A DNA stretch of 64,000 nucleotides from an uncultured Candidatus Saccharibacteria bacterium (GCA_964600985.1 CAZRJR010000002.1:40867-104866), one strand, 5' to 3'; positions 1 through 9,595 are shown, numbered from the stretch's first letter. Notes: generated by a model from the letters alone, not told the origin. Made by a program: numbers and translations.

Positions 1-314
1 TCTAGGTCAATTTTGCGCGAACGCACGATTATTTGCACCGGAAAGTGCAGGCCATTGAGGAACCCTTGGTAGGAGTATTCGATTGCACCCTGTTCGCGTG
101 CGCTTTTTAGATCAAAGTTCAGTGCGGAGGCCAAGATTACCATGCGCAGTGAACCGTCACGCATAACCACAATGTTGTCACGCACTTCGGAAAACATAAG
201 GTGGTTTTGAGTGCTAGTGCGCTGGTCCTTAGTGGTTTTGGGTGGCGTAACAGAGGCCAGCGCCTTGCGTTGCTGGTCGGTTATTTGATGATTAGGTTGC
301 GCTGCCTGAGCCAT
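1..314 (-). CDS. TraC-like/VirB4-associated protein of the CPR type IV secretion-like locus (runs off window edge)
   Basis: Own translation from ATG at 314: MAQAAQPNHQ...STQNHLMFSEVRDNIVVMRDGSLRMVILASALNFDLKSAREQGAIEYSYQGFLNGLHFPVQIIVRSRKIDL; directly downstream of PrgI. Confidence 0.75.
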   Translation of the reverse strand, partial: MAQAAQPNHQITDQQRKALASVTPPKTTKDQRTSTQNHLMFSEVRDNIVVMRDGSLRMVILASALNFDLKSAREQGAIEYSYQGFLNGLHFPVQIIVRSRKIDL

Positions 315-350
315 ACATTCTACCTACACGAATTAGTTCTAAAGAGTAAC

Positions 351-1187
351 TTAGGCTTGGCGAACTTGGACGCTTTTGCCTTGTTGCAGTACGTTTTGGC
401 GGTTTACCTGGTCAGAAAGTTGCTGCACAGATAAGTCCTCGCTGTTTTGAACCGCTCTTTGTAGTATAGCATTTTGACTAGCAGCTTGCGAAGATGCTTT
501 TGCTTGTGGGGTTTGTACCGAATTAGGGTCGGTAGCGGCCTTTTGCATAGTGGCAATCGCCTGGGCGCGAATGTCGGTGCTCGCGCTTTCTAGAAGCTCC
601 CCTACAGCCACAGCCTGTGGGTTGTGCTGCATATCGAGCATGTCATTGCGCGGCGCAGCTACCTTGGCGGCAATAATTTCCGAAGCCACTTGAGTAGCCT
701 CGGGTGTAACCACACGCTGACTGAGCGCGCTAGCGGCTACGTTGGCGTCGGGAGCTTGTACATCGGCGCCCTTGGGTATGCGGCCACGGCTGTCTACGAT
801 GGTGGCAAGTTTGCGCAATTCACCACGCACTACAGTTTGGTCTGGTCTAGGGGCTTCTTGCACTACCTTCTTTTCGGGTTCTTTTACAATCACCTTGGCA
901 TCGTCTTTAAACCACACGCGTTTACGTGGCACGAGCATGAAGCGGATCATGGCCACAAAGTAGGTTTCGAAGCTTTGGCCCTCACGGCGGATCAGCCCAA
1001 GCGCCAGGAGTGGCCCGGAAACCGGTAGTATTAATACTATTGCAATCAGTGGGGCCACACCCAATATGCGCCAACACAAGAATCCCCAGCCGATCGCGAT
1101 TACTACATATATAAACTGCTTGATCGTTAACGGACCAAGGATTGTGTCTTCACTCTCTACATTTTGGGGGACTTTGTATTGTGCCAT
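351..1187 (-). CDS. PrgI family protein (VirB3-like, T4SS-associated)
   Basis: N-terminal YKVPQNVESEDTILGPLTIKQF motif, two TM helices, GQSFE...PRKRVW. Confidence 0.85.
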   Translation of the reverse strand: MAQYKVPQNVESEDTILGPLTIKQFIYVVIAIGWGFLCWRILGVAPLIAIVLILPVSGPLLALGLIRREGQSFETYFVAMIRFMLVPRKRVWFKDDAKVIVKEPEKKVVQEAPRPDQTVVRGELRKLATIVDSRGRIPKGADVQAPDANVAASALSQRVVTPEATQVASEIIAAKVAAPRNDMLDMQHNPQAVAVGELLESASTDIRAQAIATMQKAATDPNSVQTPQAKASSQAASQNAILQRAVQNSEDLSVQQLSDQVNRQNVLQQGKSVQVRQA

Positions 1188-1204
1188 GAATTAACCCAAT
1201 TTAA

Positions 1205-3478
1205 TTAAGGTGTTGGTGGAGGTACGGCATCGTGAACTGGTGCAGTTGCCACAGCAACAGGATGTGCGCTAGGGCGTGGAGCATGGGCAGGAGGAGCAAG
1301 CCTGCCGGTTACCGTCCTTGTTCCTCCTGGTCCAGCCGCGGTGGTTACCGCTGGACTAGGAGTTGCTCCTGGCGCGGTACCAAAATAATGCACTTCTGAT
1401 GCTGCTTCTTTTGGATTCTGCTTATACGTAATAGTTGGTGCGGCGGTCCCGGCGGGCTTACCTGCTAGGTAGCTATCTACGCCCCGGCCAAGAGTGGTCG
1501 CTTCAAGAACTCTTCTTTGTTCACGCTCAGGGGCGGTTTCTGATTCTCCTAAAGCGCTTCTCAATTGAATGAGCTTTGTAGCGTCAACTGGTAGGCCTTT
1601 GGCAGCTCGGCCTTCTTGCTTCTCAAGCTCTTCGGAGTACTTCTTTTTGAGCATATCTTTTGCAACTGTTTGGGTTTTACCTTTGCCGGTTCTTGCCTCT
1701 ATCATAAGGGCGTCGTCAGACAAACCACTCGCCCAGCCTTCTTTCTCTTTTTTAATCCTCGACTCTGCAAGACCGGTTCGCTTGAGGCGTTCTTGCCTAC
1801 TAAAATCAGTTATAGGCCCAAGTTTAGTAGGTGCTCGTCCTCCAGTTGCCTTATCAATCCTGTCTTTATATCCACCCTCTTTGGACCAACTATCTTTAAC
1901 TGCGCCCTTGGTCTTACCAGCCGCCCAGTCACCAAGCTTGCCACCTGTGGCCGCCATAAGACCGCCACTCCATTTGAAGGCCTTAGGAACCATTAGGAAG
2001 CCTATGAACGGTAGTAAGGCCCCTACGATCTGTATAATTGTTCCATTGCCATCGGACTTCATTATGCTACCTATGGCTGCAGACCCATACACAATAGCAA
2101 CTATAATTGGGTACATCATTACTAGCTTAATCAGGTTAGTCCACCATGTTTTAAAGAGTTTCTCTGTGTTTGGAAGTACCTTAGCTGCAAATGCTAGTGG
2201 TGCCACGAGCACCAACACGTATAACATAGCCATGCGCAAAGCCAATATACCTAGAACAACTATGAGGGCTACTATAGCTATAACGATCATCGAAATAACT
2301 AGGAATATAGCTCCTACAGAGGCAAGGGCAGTAGTGAGCTGGGCGGCTCCACCGTCAGCTCCACTTGCACCAAGTGCACTAAAGAATCCTTGTACTCCTG
2401 CCCCAAGGATATTCCCCACTTCTACAATAGCCCCAGCTATAAGGTAGGCAAATTGAGAAAGTATAATTGCCGCAACTAGCCTCGGTACCATCTTCTTGAG
2501 TGCGTAACTATCAAGGCCTATTGAAAATGAGTTTGCAAATATGATTATCAGGAAGATGAGTACATAGAATGCATTAGCTAGGTTCAGTAGCCGCTGGTTG
2601 GCGGCCATAAAGTCTGCATTTTGAAAACCAGAGGTATTAACATCTAAGATACTCATTAGCCAACTGGAAAGAGTATCTGCCGTAGATTGCAGCAGGTTCT
2701 TGACTGGACAAAGAATAAAGTCCAGCCCTCCACCACCACAATCGTCTCCACCCTTATTTTCCTTAAATCCCTTGAGCCCTGATTTATATCCATTTTGAGA
2801 ACTTGCTGAGACTTTTTTTCCAATTGCTGTAGCCGTACCGCCTTTATTCTGACCACCAATGGTGCACTCAACGGGGCCATCTTTGTTTACCACAACACTA
2901 CATATGCCACTCTCTCCAGCTTTTTTGATATTATCATCGTCACCCGCAATAGTGTCGTACAAAGCTTCTCCAGGAGAGTATTTGCGCCAGTCCTGCGTGA
3001 GGATTATATATGAATAATCCCCTGACGAGTCATTTGAAGAGTTCGCGGTCTTGCCTAGCGGAAAGACAACATACCCCCATTCCTTATTCTTTACAGAATC
3101 ACTAGTTCCGTCTGAGTTCTCAGCTTCGAATACGTCCTTGCCAATCTGGGCTGATTTAACAGGATTATAATAGTAATCCTTTTTGTTACATGACGTACTG
3201 TTTCCGCAGTTAACAAACCGCGCCGAGTGTAGTTCGCAATGAACTTTACTTGAGTTGATAATATCGCAAACCAAGTCATCCTTAAATGCGGATGTAGGGT
3301 CGGTAATTGGATTAAATCCTCCGTCGAGCGTACTGACAGATTTGTATTGATTGGGTGTGTATGGGCCTGGTGCCGAACCTTGAGCCGAGGCTTCACCAGG
3401 AAACCCTATAAGCACAATCATGGTCAATATAGCCGCAGCCATGAGTATAGTTTTGAGTCTACATAGTTTTGTGGTCAT
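1205..3478 (-). CDS. VirB6/TrbL-like multi-pass membrane protein with variable extracellular N-terminal domain
   Basis: Signal peptide, Cys-containing extracellular region, central TM bundle (LKKMVPRLVAAIILSQF, LVAPLAF..LPNTEKLFKTWW), Pro/Ala-rich tail. Confidence 0.75.
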   Translation of the reverse strand: MTTKLCRLKTILMAAAILTMIVLIGFPGEASAQGSAPGPYTPNQYKSVSTLDGGFNPITDPTSAFKDDLVCDIINSSKVHCELHSARFVNCGNSTSCNKKDYYYNPVKSAQIGKDVFEAENSDGTSDSVKNKEWGYVVFPLGKTANSSNDSSGDYSYIILTQDWRKYSPGEALYDTIAGDDDNIKKAGESGICSVVVNKDGPVECTIGGQNKGGTATAIGKKVSASSQNGYKSGLKGFKENKGGDDCGGGGLDFILCPVKNLLQSTADTLSSWLMSILDVNTSGFQNADFMAANQRLLNLANAFYVLIFLIIIFANSFSIGLDSYALKKMVPRLVAAIILSQFAYLIAGAIVEVGNILGAGVQGFFSALGASGADGGAAQLTTALASVGAIFLVISMIVIAIVALIVVLGILALRMAMLYVLVLVAPLAFAAKVLPNTEKLFKTWWTNLIKLVMMYPIIVAIVYGSAAIGSIMKSDGNGTIIQIVGALLPFIGFLMVPKAFKWSGGLMAATGGKLGDWAAGKTKGAVKDSWSKEGGYKDRIDKATGGRAPTKLGPITDFSRQERLKRTGLAESRIKKEKEGWASGLSDDALMIEARTGKGKTQTVAKDMLKKKYSEELEKQEGRAAKGLPVDATKLIQLRSALGESETAPEREQRRVLEATTLGRGVDSYLAGKPAGTAAPTITYKQNPKEAASEVHYFGTAPGATPSPAVTTAAGPGGTRTVTGRLAPPAHAPRPSAHPVAVATAPVHDAVPPPTP

Positions 3479-3575
3479 TTGGTTAAATTATAGTATACCT
3501 AAGATAAAAAAGTAATGCTTAAGCTGTAATACGGTAAGGCTGCCGTGCGCCTTGCCTTATGCTATTATGAACTAT

Positions 3576-3989
3576 ATGTATATCAATAATTTGCAAAAGT
3601 TTATAGTAGCGGCTGTTATACTTGGGATGACATCTTTTCTTACGCTCGTTCCTACCGTAAGTTTTGCAAAGCTACCTAGTGATAATTCAGGTCAGTCTGC
3701 GGGGGTGGTTCCGGGTGGTACAGTCAAAAATTGTGGAAACTTCTTACCTGCAGCTGCTTGCACCGATAATATCGAGGGTTTTGTGTCATACGTAGCAAAC
3801 TGGATGGTAGGTATATTTGGTGCACTCTTTGTGCTCATGGTAGTTATCTCTGGCGCGCAAATGGCATCGGCCGGTGATAGTCCAGATAGACTAAAAGCGG
3901 CCAAGGGAAGGCTTACTAATGCCGTAACTGGCTTGGTACTATTAATATTGATGCGCGCCATACTGGCGCTATTCGGAATATCGTTTTAG
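3576..3989 (+). CDS. TrbC/VirB2-type (T4SS) pilin
   Basis: Signal peptide, Cys pair, two TM helices around SAGDSPDRLKAAKGRLTNAVTGL; start codon uncertain. Confidence 0.75.
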   Translation: MYINNLQKFIVAAVILGMTSFLTLVPTVSFAKLPSDNSGQSAGVVPGGTVKNCGNFLPAAACTDNIEGFVSYVANWMVGIFGALFVLMVVISGAQMASAGDSPDRLKAAKGRLTNAVTGLVLLILMRAILALFGISF

Positions 3990-3999
3990 GGAGCTAAAT

Positions 4000-4443
4000 A
4001 TGCTACGGACTACAATAAACATTTTTCACAGAGGAGCGTCTTCAGTAACCAGGATGGCCCAGAGGCTTAAGGTTAAAGATTCTTTCGTGCCAGCCTACCT
4101 TGCAGTATTGTGGGTAGCTCTCTCTAAAAACGCAATTGCCGCAGCTGCGTCAAAAGAATGCAAAGGCAGCACCAATGGCACCGGTATATTTGCTGGAGTT
4201 GATACGTCATGTGTTGACGGAGTTAAGCAACTTATTACCAACGTAACCAATATGGTGTTTACCGCCGTAGGAATTGTAGCGGTTATATTTATAATCATCG
4301 GCGGGATTCGCTTGGCCACTTCGGCTGGGAACCCATCGGGTCAACAGAGCGCTAAAAAGACCATCACAAATGCTATTCTCGGCCTTGTGGTTGCTATATT
4401 CGCAGCAGCGATTGGCAACCTGGTCCTATCATCGCTTGGCTAG
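4000..4443 (+). CDS. TrbC/VirB2-type pilin
   Basis: IIIGGIRLATSAGNPSGQQSAKKTITNAILGL motif. Confidence 0.8.
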   Translation: MLRTTINIFHRGASSVTRMAQRLKVKDSFVPAYLAVLWVALSKNAIAAAASKECKGSTNGTGIFAGVDTSCVDGVKQLITNVTNMVFTAVGIVAVIFIIIGGIRLATSAGNPSGQQSAKKTITNAILGLVVAIFAAAIGNLVLSSLG

Positions 4444-4519
4444 ATCGGTCAGCGCTCCCACTTGCTTTAAGAGCGCTTCAATACTTTATTCTCATTACCT
4501 ATTAGCCTATAATCGAAAT

Positions 4520-4870
4520 ATGCTTAAACAAACCCAGAAGTTTATCTCGATCGTAGGAGCTATTTTTCCCGTACTATTAATACCAGGGGTTAGCTATGCG
4601 GCCAATGCGACTGGGATTAGTATACCTACTCTACAGGGTACACCTGACTCATTTGATTCCGTAATTCCCAAGGTCACCTCTACCCTCCTCACTTTTGCGG
4701 GGATAATCTCGGTAATTATGATCATTGTGGGTGGGATAATGTACACGCTCTCAGCTGGTGACTCAAGTAAAACCACCAAGGCCAAAGATACTATTCTATA
4801 CTCGGTGATAGGCCTCGTAATTACGCTGCTGGCTGGCGCAATTGTGACTTTTGTACTAAAAATATTCTAA
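4520..4870 (+). CDS. TrbC/VirB2-type pilin
   Basis: IIVGGIMYTLSAGDSSKTTKAKDTILYSVIGL; ATG 6 nt after TATAAT. Confidence 0.85.
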   Translation: MLKQTQKFISIVGAIFPVLLIPGVSYAANATGISIPTLQGTPDSFDSVIPKVTSTLLTFAGIISVIMIIVGGIMYTLSAGDSSKTTKAKDTILYSVIGLVITLLAGAIVTFVLKIF

Positions 4871-4981
4871 TCACAAACAAGCCCTGGAGAAGCTAGCTTA
4901 AATCATAAGCACTTCTGTATTGTCAAACCTAGTTGGCTACGATACAATCTAAGCATAATTGTTTAAGGAGAAATCATAAAA

Positions 4982-5335
4982 ATGCTCAAATCCATTACTT
5001 CTAAAGTTGGCCTTGGTCTTACCGCCGCCATGCTTACCGCTGGCACCGCTCTTGCCGACAACCCCGATGCTGTAAAGGGCATCCAGCAAGCGCAAGGCAA
5101 CCTAACTGGCCAAGAACTTGGTAGCCAGATTGGCAACATTACCAACCTGATGATCGTAGTTATCGGTATCATCTCGGTAATTATGCTTATCATTGGTGGC
5201 TTCCGATACGTTCTCTCGGGTGGTGACTCCAAGAACACCACGGCGGCTAAGGATACCATCCTCTACGCCATTATTGGTGTGGTAGTAGCCCTCCTCGCCT
5301 ACTCAATCATGGCGTTCGTAATCAAGCAAGTTTAG
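4982..5335 (+). CDS. TrbC/VirB2-type pilin (candidate major subunit)
   Basis: AAGGAG RBS; LIIGGFRYVLSGGDSKNTTAAKDTILYAIIG. Confidence 0.85.
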   Translation: MLKSITSKVGLGLTAAMLTAGTALADNPDAVKGIQQAQGNLTGQELGSQIGNITNLMIVVIGIISVIMLIIGGFRYVLSGGDSKNTTAAKDTILYAIIGVVVALLAYSIMAFVIKQV

Positions 5336-5340
5336 TACCT

Positions 5341-5709
5341 ATGCGCATAGGGGCTCGACTAGCTACGCTTAGCTCTACGCTAACACTTGGCTTGTGGGCT
5401 GGTTCACAGCGCGCGTTTGCTGCTACCTGCAACCTTACAGGTGGTGCCGAGGCGGGCGCTGCTTGTACGGGCCAAACTGGTGGCCCAGAGTTGGGTTCCC
5501 AAATCGGCAACATCACCAATGTGCTGATTACCGCTGTTGGCGTAATCTCAATCATTATGATAATTGTTGGCGGGATTCGTTATGTACTCTCGGCCGGTGA
5601 CTCCAAAAACACCACGGCGGCTAAAGACACCATCCTCTACGCCGTTATCGGTGTGGTAGTAGCCCTCCTCGCCTACTCAATCATGGCGTTCGTAGTGAAG
5701 CAGGTTTAA
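5341..5709 (+). CDS. TrbC/VirB2-type pilin
   Basis: IIVGGIRYVLSAGDSKNTTAAKDTILYAVIG; close paralog of the preceding gene. Confidence 0.85.
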   Translation: MRIGARLATLSSTLTLGLWAGSQRAFAATCNLTGGAEAGAACTGQTGGPELGSQIGNITNVLITAVGVISIIMIIVGGIRYVLSAGDSKNTTAAKDTILYAVIGVVVALLAYSIMAFVVKQV

Positions 5710-5803
5710 GTTAATATAAGAGCCTCAGCCCCTAAGATCCCACATACTACGTGCGGCTCTTAGGTTTTCGTGTGGCTAACGTGCCCATGGTAAAATAAAG
5801 GCA

Positions 5804-7141
5804 ATGAAATTCTTACGCAAACACAAAGCTACTGTAGTCGCGGTTGGCGTAGCCCTGGCTATACTAGTGGGCCTAGCCGTTATGGTACCCACTACACCCC
5901 AGAATGCCATTTCGGTCGAGGGTATCGAGCCTTCTGGTTCGCGCGTGGACTTCCCTGCCGAGCCTATTACGCTTACGTATTGGCGCACCATAGATGGCAC
6001 CACTCCGTTTGACGACATTATAAAGGACTATAATGCAATTCACCCCAATGTAACTATCGAGCTCAAAAACCTTGACTACGCAGGCTACGATAAGCAGTTA
6101 ACCGAGGCGGCCAAGACCGGCAAGCTACCCGACCTGTACTCGATCGATCAAGACTGGATGAACCGTTACCAGGGTTACTTTGAACCCGCACCAGCTACAG
6201 TCTACGACGCCAGCGAGGTCAAGAGTACCTTTGTACCTACCGTGGCCAATAAGTTGGTTGACGGCCAGGTAGTGCAGGGTGTGGCCTACGGCGTCTCTAC
6301 CTTAGGCTTGTTTTACAATCAAGATATGTTGACTAAAGCTGGTATATCTAAGCCACCCACTACCTGGCAGCAGCTCATGGACAATACGCATAAGCTAACG
6401 TTTCGTAGTGGCAACGACATAACGCAGGCCGGGGTGGCGCTGGGCAATGCAAATGTGAGCGACTACACTGCTATTACCTCGGTGCTTATGCAGCAAAATG
6501 GTGCTACTATGACCAATAACCCACCTACTCAGGCGACCTTCAATAAGCCAGATAGCAAGGGGTATGCCTCGGCGGCCAAGGCTATGAACTTTTATAGCAG
6601 CTTTGCTAAACCAAGCAGCGCGAATTACTCCTGGAACGACAAGCTTGGTAGCTCGCTCGACGCGTTCAAGGCCGGCAAGCTAGCCATGCTAATCGACTAT
6701 GCCTATAGGGCGCCGGAGATCGACGCTGCCAATCCAGCACTTAACTACAAAATGACAGCGCTGCCCCAGGTAGATAGCACCAAGCCAGTGAACGGCGCAC
6801 AGTTCTGGGTGGAGCAAGTGAGCAAGTCTAGCAAGAACACCGAGGTAGCCTGGGACTTCTTGCGATTTGCCTCTACCCGCACCCAAATGAACCGCTACAG
6901 TATTGCCACCTACCGACCAGCCAGCCGTAAGGACCTCGTAGCCCAACAGTCGCACGACAAGTACTTAGCGCCGTTTGCCAAGCAGATTGCTAGCTCCAAA
7001 GTTTGGTATAAGGGTAATAGCTACAATGTGGACGGGATCTTTGCCGATATGATCGGTGCAGTGTTGGGCGGGGGCGATGCTCAAGCGGCGGTGGATACGG
7101 CGGCTACGCGAACTACGCAGGAAATTGCCCGAAACCAGTAA
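5804..7141 (+). CDS. Extracellular solute-binding protein (sugar ABC SBP family 1), membrane anchored
   Basis: N-terminal TM; YNAIHPNVTIE, GKLPDL, LFYNQDML, PPTTWQQL, FKAGKLAM motifs. Confidence 0.85.
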   Translation: MKFLRKHKATVVAVGVALAILVGLAVMVPTTPQNAISVEGIEPSGSRVDFPAEPITLTYWRTIDGTTPFDDIIKDYNAIHPNVTIELKNLDYAGYDKQLTEAAKTGKLPDLYSIDQDWMNRYQGYFEPAPATVYDASEVKSTFVPTVANKLVDGQVVQGVAYGVSTLGLFYNQDMLTKAGISKPPTTWQQLMDNTHKLTFRSGNDITQAGVALGNANVSDYTAITSVLMQQNGATMTNNPPTQATFNKPDSKGYASAAKAMNFYSSFAKPSSANYSWNDKLGSSLDAFKAGKLAMLIDYAYRAPEIDAANPALNYKMTALPQVDSTKPVNGAQFWVEQVSKSSKNTEVAWDFLRFASTRTQMNRYSIATYRPASRKDLVAQQSHDKYLAPFAKQIASSKVWYKGNSYNVDGIFADMIGAVLGGGDAQAAVDTAATRTTQEIARNQ

Positions 7142-7244
7142 TCTACTCTTCTCTGCCCGAGCTCCATCCTAATTTATGTTCGTTTTTCCGTCATCCTAAG
7201 TGAAATCGAAAGACCTACCTTTTCATAACCGCTTTGCATGCGCG

Positions 7245-7550
7245 TCATACCGTCATTCCGAGCCCGTCGAGGAATCTGCCTGACAGGTCTTCCGTGTTTG
7301 GGTTTGTACTACGAACCAACTCCATCTTCTTGCTCCGTCGCCAGCCTTTAATTTGCTTCTCTCTAGCTATCGCATCGAGTATGCTCGTTGCCTCTTCAAA
7401 GTAGATTAGCTGATTCACTCTGTATGTTGCAGTAAATCCATCTATCAAGCCTAACTTATGCTCGTATACGCGTCGGGCTAGGTCACTAGTAACTCCTATA
7501 TACAAAGTGCCTGTCTTGCTTGCCAAAATATATACAAACGATCGCTTCAT
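7245..7550 (-). CDS. Small GIY-YIG nuclease family protein
   Basis: FVYILAS..GTLYIGVTSDLARRVYEHK...AIAREKQIKGWRRSKK. Confidence 0.9.
   Translation of the reverse strand: MKRSFVYILASKTGTLYIGVTSDLARRVYEHKLGLIDGFTATYRVNQLIYFEEATSILDAIAREKQIKGWRRSKKMELVRSTNPNTEDLSGRFLDGLGMTV
7251..7277. repeat. Left arm of 27-bp inverted repeat flanking the GIY-YIG gene
   Basis: CGTCATTCCGAGCCCGTCGAGGAATCT; reverse complement of 7623-7649 with 2 mismatches. Confidence 0.85.
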
Positions 7551-7622
7551 TGTTTTAGGATAGTCAAGACTGAACCTGGCGAGCAAGCATAAGGGTGAAT
7601 TTATAAGCATATGAGATTAGAA

Positions 7623-7649
7623 AGATCCCTCGACGGGCTCGGGATGACG
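7623..7649. repeat. Right arm of 27-bp inverted repeat flanking the GIY-YIG gene
   Basis: AGATCCCTCGACGGGCTCGGGATGACG. Confidence 0.85.
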
Positions 7650-7763
7650 CCATAACATACCGCGGGAGATCTAGAGCAAGTGATCCTCGAATGGCGCGGG
7701 AGCGGCAGGAGAGAACAAAAAACCCGGGCTTTCCCGGGAATTCTTGGTGCAATGTAGTGCAGA

Positions 7764-8192
7764 CTACAGACTAGCGCTTACCTTGATCTTCTTAACCTTA
7801 TTCTGAACTACCTTTGGAATCTCAATAGTAAGTACTCCGTCTTTGAGGCTGGCTACAGCCTTGTCGGCAATGGTAGAGGTGGGCAGGATTACCGAACGTG
7901 AGAACGATCCCCAGAAACACTCCTGTACGTAGTAGTGTTCTTTCTCTACAGCCTTTTCATCTTTACGATCACCACGAATTGTTACTACGTCTTCGCTAAT
8001 CGCCACATCGATATCGTCGGGACGCACGCCGGCAATCGGCGCCTTAATAACTACCGTGTCTTTAGTTTGGTACACATCGACCGCTAACTGACCTTCGAAT
8101 TCCCCTTCGGCCATCCAGTCATCGCCGGAGCTTTGGTCGTCTAGGAATTCTTCTTGCAAAATCTCTTCATCTACATCGTTCTTACGAGCCAT
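7764..8192 (-). CDS. Hsp20/alpha-crystallin small heat shock protein
   Basis: GQLAVDVYQT, ECFWGSFSRSVILP, LKDGVLTIEIPK. Confidence 0.93.
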   Translation of the reverse strand: MARKNDVDEEILQEEFLDDQSSGDDWMAEGEFEGQLAVDVYQTKDTVVIKAPIAGVRPDDIDVAISEDVVTIRGDRKDEKAVEKEHYYVQECFWGSFSRSVILPTSTIADKAVASLKDGVLTIEIPKVVQNKVKKIKVSASL

Positions 8193-8253
8193 AGTATTAC
8201 TCCTTATCCTTGCTTAGCGCTGCTTTTAACCTTATTATAGCCACAAATCAGGA

Positions 8254-8931
8254 GTGAATGCAAGGATAATGCTACAAAAACTTATGCAGTTTATTGTGCC
8301 GAGTGAGTGTTTAGGCTGCGGGGAGTCGGGCAGTGTGCTGTGTGGCCCGTGCACACCACAACTTGTAACCACCAAAGTACCAAGCTGCTTTTACTGCAAC
8401 AAACTCACTTTTGGCGGCCAAGCTTGCTCTACCTGTCAACGTAAAGTTCAGCTTCGTGGTGTGCACGTGTTGTGGCGACTCGAAGGGGCGGCGCAGGATC
8501 TAGTGTATCGGCTCAAATATCATAATGACCGTTCGGTGGCGCAGTTTGTGGCCGATCAAGCAAGCTTCCAGTTTGAACTGAGTGGCTACGACCTAGTCAC
8601 GGCGGTGGCGAGTGATGGCAAGGCCTTGCGCAGGCGAGGTTACAATCAGGCGGAATTGTTGGCTCGTGCGGTAGCTCGCCAGGCAGCCGTGCCGTATTCT
8701 ACTACTCTACTGCGCACTCAGCATACGTCTCAAACTCACCTAGGGCGCCATAAGCGCTTTGAGGTCGTGCAGGGCAACTTTGTGTGCTATCAACCAAAGA
8801 AGGTGGCAGGTAAGCGCGTACTGATCGTAGATGACGTGCTTACTACGGGTGCGACCATGGCAGAATGCGCCAGGCTGTTGCGATTAGCTGACGCCAAGCA
8901 AGTGTGGGGCTTGGTCGCCGCAAAGAAATAA
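8254..8931 (+). CDS. comF: ComF family competence protein (double zinc ribbon + PRTase)
   Basis: CxxC motifs, RRGYNQAELLA, VLIVDDVLTTGAT. Confidence 0.92.
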   Translation: MNARIMLQKLMQFIVPSECLGCGESGSVLCGPCTPQLVTTKVPSCFYCNKLTFGGQACSTCQRKVQLRGVHVLWRLEGAAQDLVYRLKYHNDRSVAQFVADQASFQFELSGYDLVTAVASDGKALRRRGYNQAELLARAVARQAAVPYSTTLLRTQHTSQTHLGRHKRFEVVQGNFVCYQPKKVAGKRVLIVDDVLTTGATMAECARLLRLADAKQVWGLVAAKK

Positions 8932-8937
8932 TAACTA

Positions 8938-9029
<92 letters not shown>

Positions 9030-9201
9030 TGAAGTTGAACACACTATAGTGTAGCCTAAACCAACCTGGAATTCTAGCCTACATTTTATGGTGCCCAGTT
9101 TTCCCCTTGTGCAAAAGCCTGTTGATAAGTTCGCATGGCGTTCGCAAAAAATCGCCAGAATGTATTGACGGGCATACGAATGGCAATGGTATAATTAAAT
9201 T

Positions 9202-9279
9202 GTCACCAGTGAGGTGGCATCCTAGGTAGCGTCCGTTCACGGACAACCTACATAAGGAGTCCCTATGGGCTCCTTTTTT
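9202..9279 (+). ncRNA. Candidate small structured RNA (three hairpins ending in an intrinsic terminator)
   Basis: TTGACG(9165)...TATAAT(9190) upstream; hairpins GTCACC/GGTGGC, TAGGT..GTCCG-TTCA-CGGAC..ACCTA, AAGGAG..CTCCTT + T tract; no ORF. Confidence 0.45.
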
Positions 9280-9341
9280 AGTTTTAATTCCTGCCCTCTA
9301 GTTGTATCGGTGAAGCAACCAGAATACATACAGTACCTACC

Positions 9342-9515
9342 CTATTCCTTAGGGACTTTGCCGCTAGCTTGCCGTGCCTCGGATAAGCCAATTGCAACAG
9401 CCTGCTCGCGGCTCTGCACCTTCTTTTTGCTTCGGCCAGAAAGCAACTTGCCCTGCTTGAATTTACGTATAGCCTCCGCTACCTTTTTGCTCGCTAATTT
9501 ACCATACTTTGCCAC
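9342..9515 (-). CDS. DUF6496-like small basic protein (57 aa)
   Basis: Own translation: MAKYGKLASKKVAEAIRKFKQGKLLSGRSKKKVQSREQAVAIGLSEARQASGKVPKE; GTG start after AGGGGG. Confidence 0.8.
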   Translation of the reverse strand: MAKYGKLASKKVAEAIRKFKQGKLLSGRSKKKVQSREQAVAIGLSEARQASGKVPKE

Positions 9516-9595
9516 GCAACCCCCTTGTTTATCCCATAATACCCCTAGGTAGGTCGGATGTGCTGCGAAATATATTACATACCACTCAAATCGGT

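Noticed and set aside
1-5709. Integrative conjugative element
   Set aside because: No relaxase, integrase or boundaries in view; organisation fits the resident CPR T4SS-like locus.
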